A stretch of DNA of 64,000 bases, taken from Vicugna vicugna (Eukaryota). The stretch is from the NCBI GenBank assembly GCA_013265495.1, contig MU058000.1:1550001-1614000 (forward strand). The letters run 5' to 3'. Under the pieces are notes generated by a model. The model ran no database searches, was not told where the DNA came from, and was given only the letters and a program-made list of their open reading frames with translations. Made by a program: the position numbers and the translations under genes. Within the stretch, counting starts at the first letter, position 1. Each line of letters opens with the position of its first letter. Positions 63,456 to 64,000 of this stretch are shown here, in pieces.

Positions 63456-64000
63456 TGTAGTTTTACCTTAGAAAAATGTAAAGGCTGGCTCTCTGGCAAA
63501 TGGCAAATCCCTTTTCCCAAAAGTGGTATTTTGAGATGATATCCATTTACATTTGAGTGTGAGTGAGTCTCAGATTCTTTTAAAACAGTAGATTCACTTG
63601 TGCACTGATTTGAAGAAAAAAAAAGAAAAGAAAAAGAAAGGAAAACATCCCGAAAGACCTGTCTTTGAAATATTGGGAACAAACCTTTTAACTTTGCCCA
63701 ATATTAGAGATATACCAGGTAACAGAAAATGTAATTTTGAATCAAAAGGCAAATGCCAGTTAAAAGGTAGCCAAGACAAGCCAGGTATTCAGAAATGAAT
63801 TACATTGTTTGGAGCCACACAATTTGTCTACATAGGTTTCCACGCTAATGTTTGAAAAGAAAAACCATCATTTAAAACATAGCACTTCATAAATGCAGTT
63901 TAAAACAAAATCTATCTCAACGTTAAAGCAATATTAAGTTTAATGAAACTGATTTATACCTAAAATCAATAAGTATCAGTGCCAAACTTACGTATATGTC

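Overview
AT-rich, CpG-depleted mammalian genomic DNA. The young L1 3' ends resemble camelid (alpaca/camel-type) L1s from recall, so a camelid origin is likely but not verified. I recognise no protein-coding gene, RNA gene or CRISPR array. The only ORF-track entries with a clear identity are decayed L1 ORF2p C-termini and Tigger1 transposase remnants. Much of the window is interspersed repeats: MIR, L2, old L1M, five young L1 3' fragments, a near full-length Tigger1, two Tigger2-family elements, hAT MITEs, and ERV1/ERVL/MaLR solo LTRs, several of them nested. Best-supported curiosities are a 5'-inverted (twin-primed) L1 with a perfect 13-bp TSD, a Tigger1/Tigger2-MITE pair sharing one TA, a 47-bp minisatellite, a recent ~85-bp duplication carrying a microsatellite, a 74-nt hairpin near a perfect STAT site, and CpG-retaining motif clusters that may be enhancers. 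Repeat names come from recalled consensus sequences, not a search, and boundaries of old repeats are approximate. I found no evidence of a new biological system.
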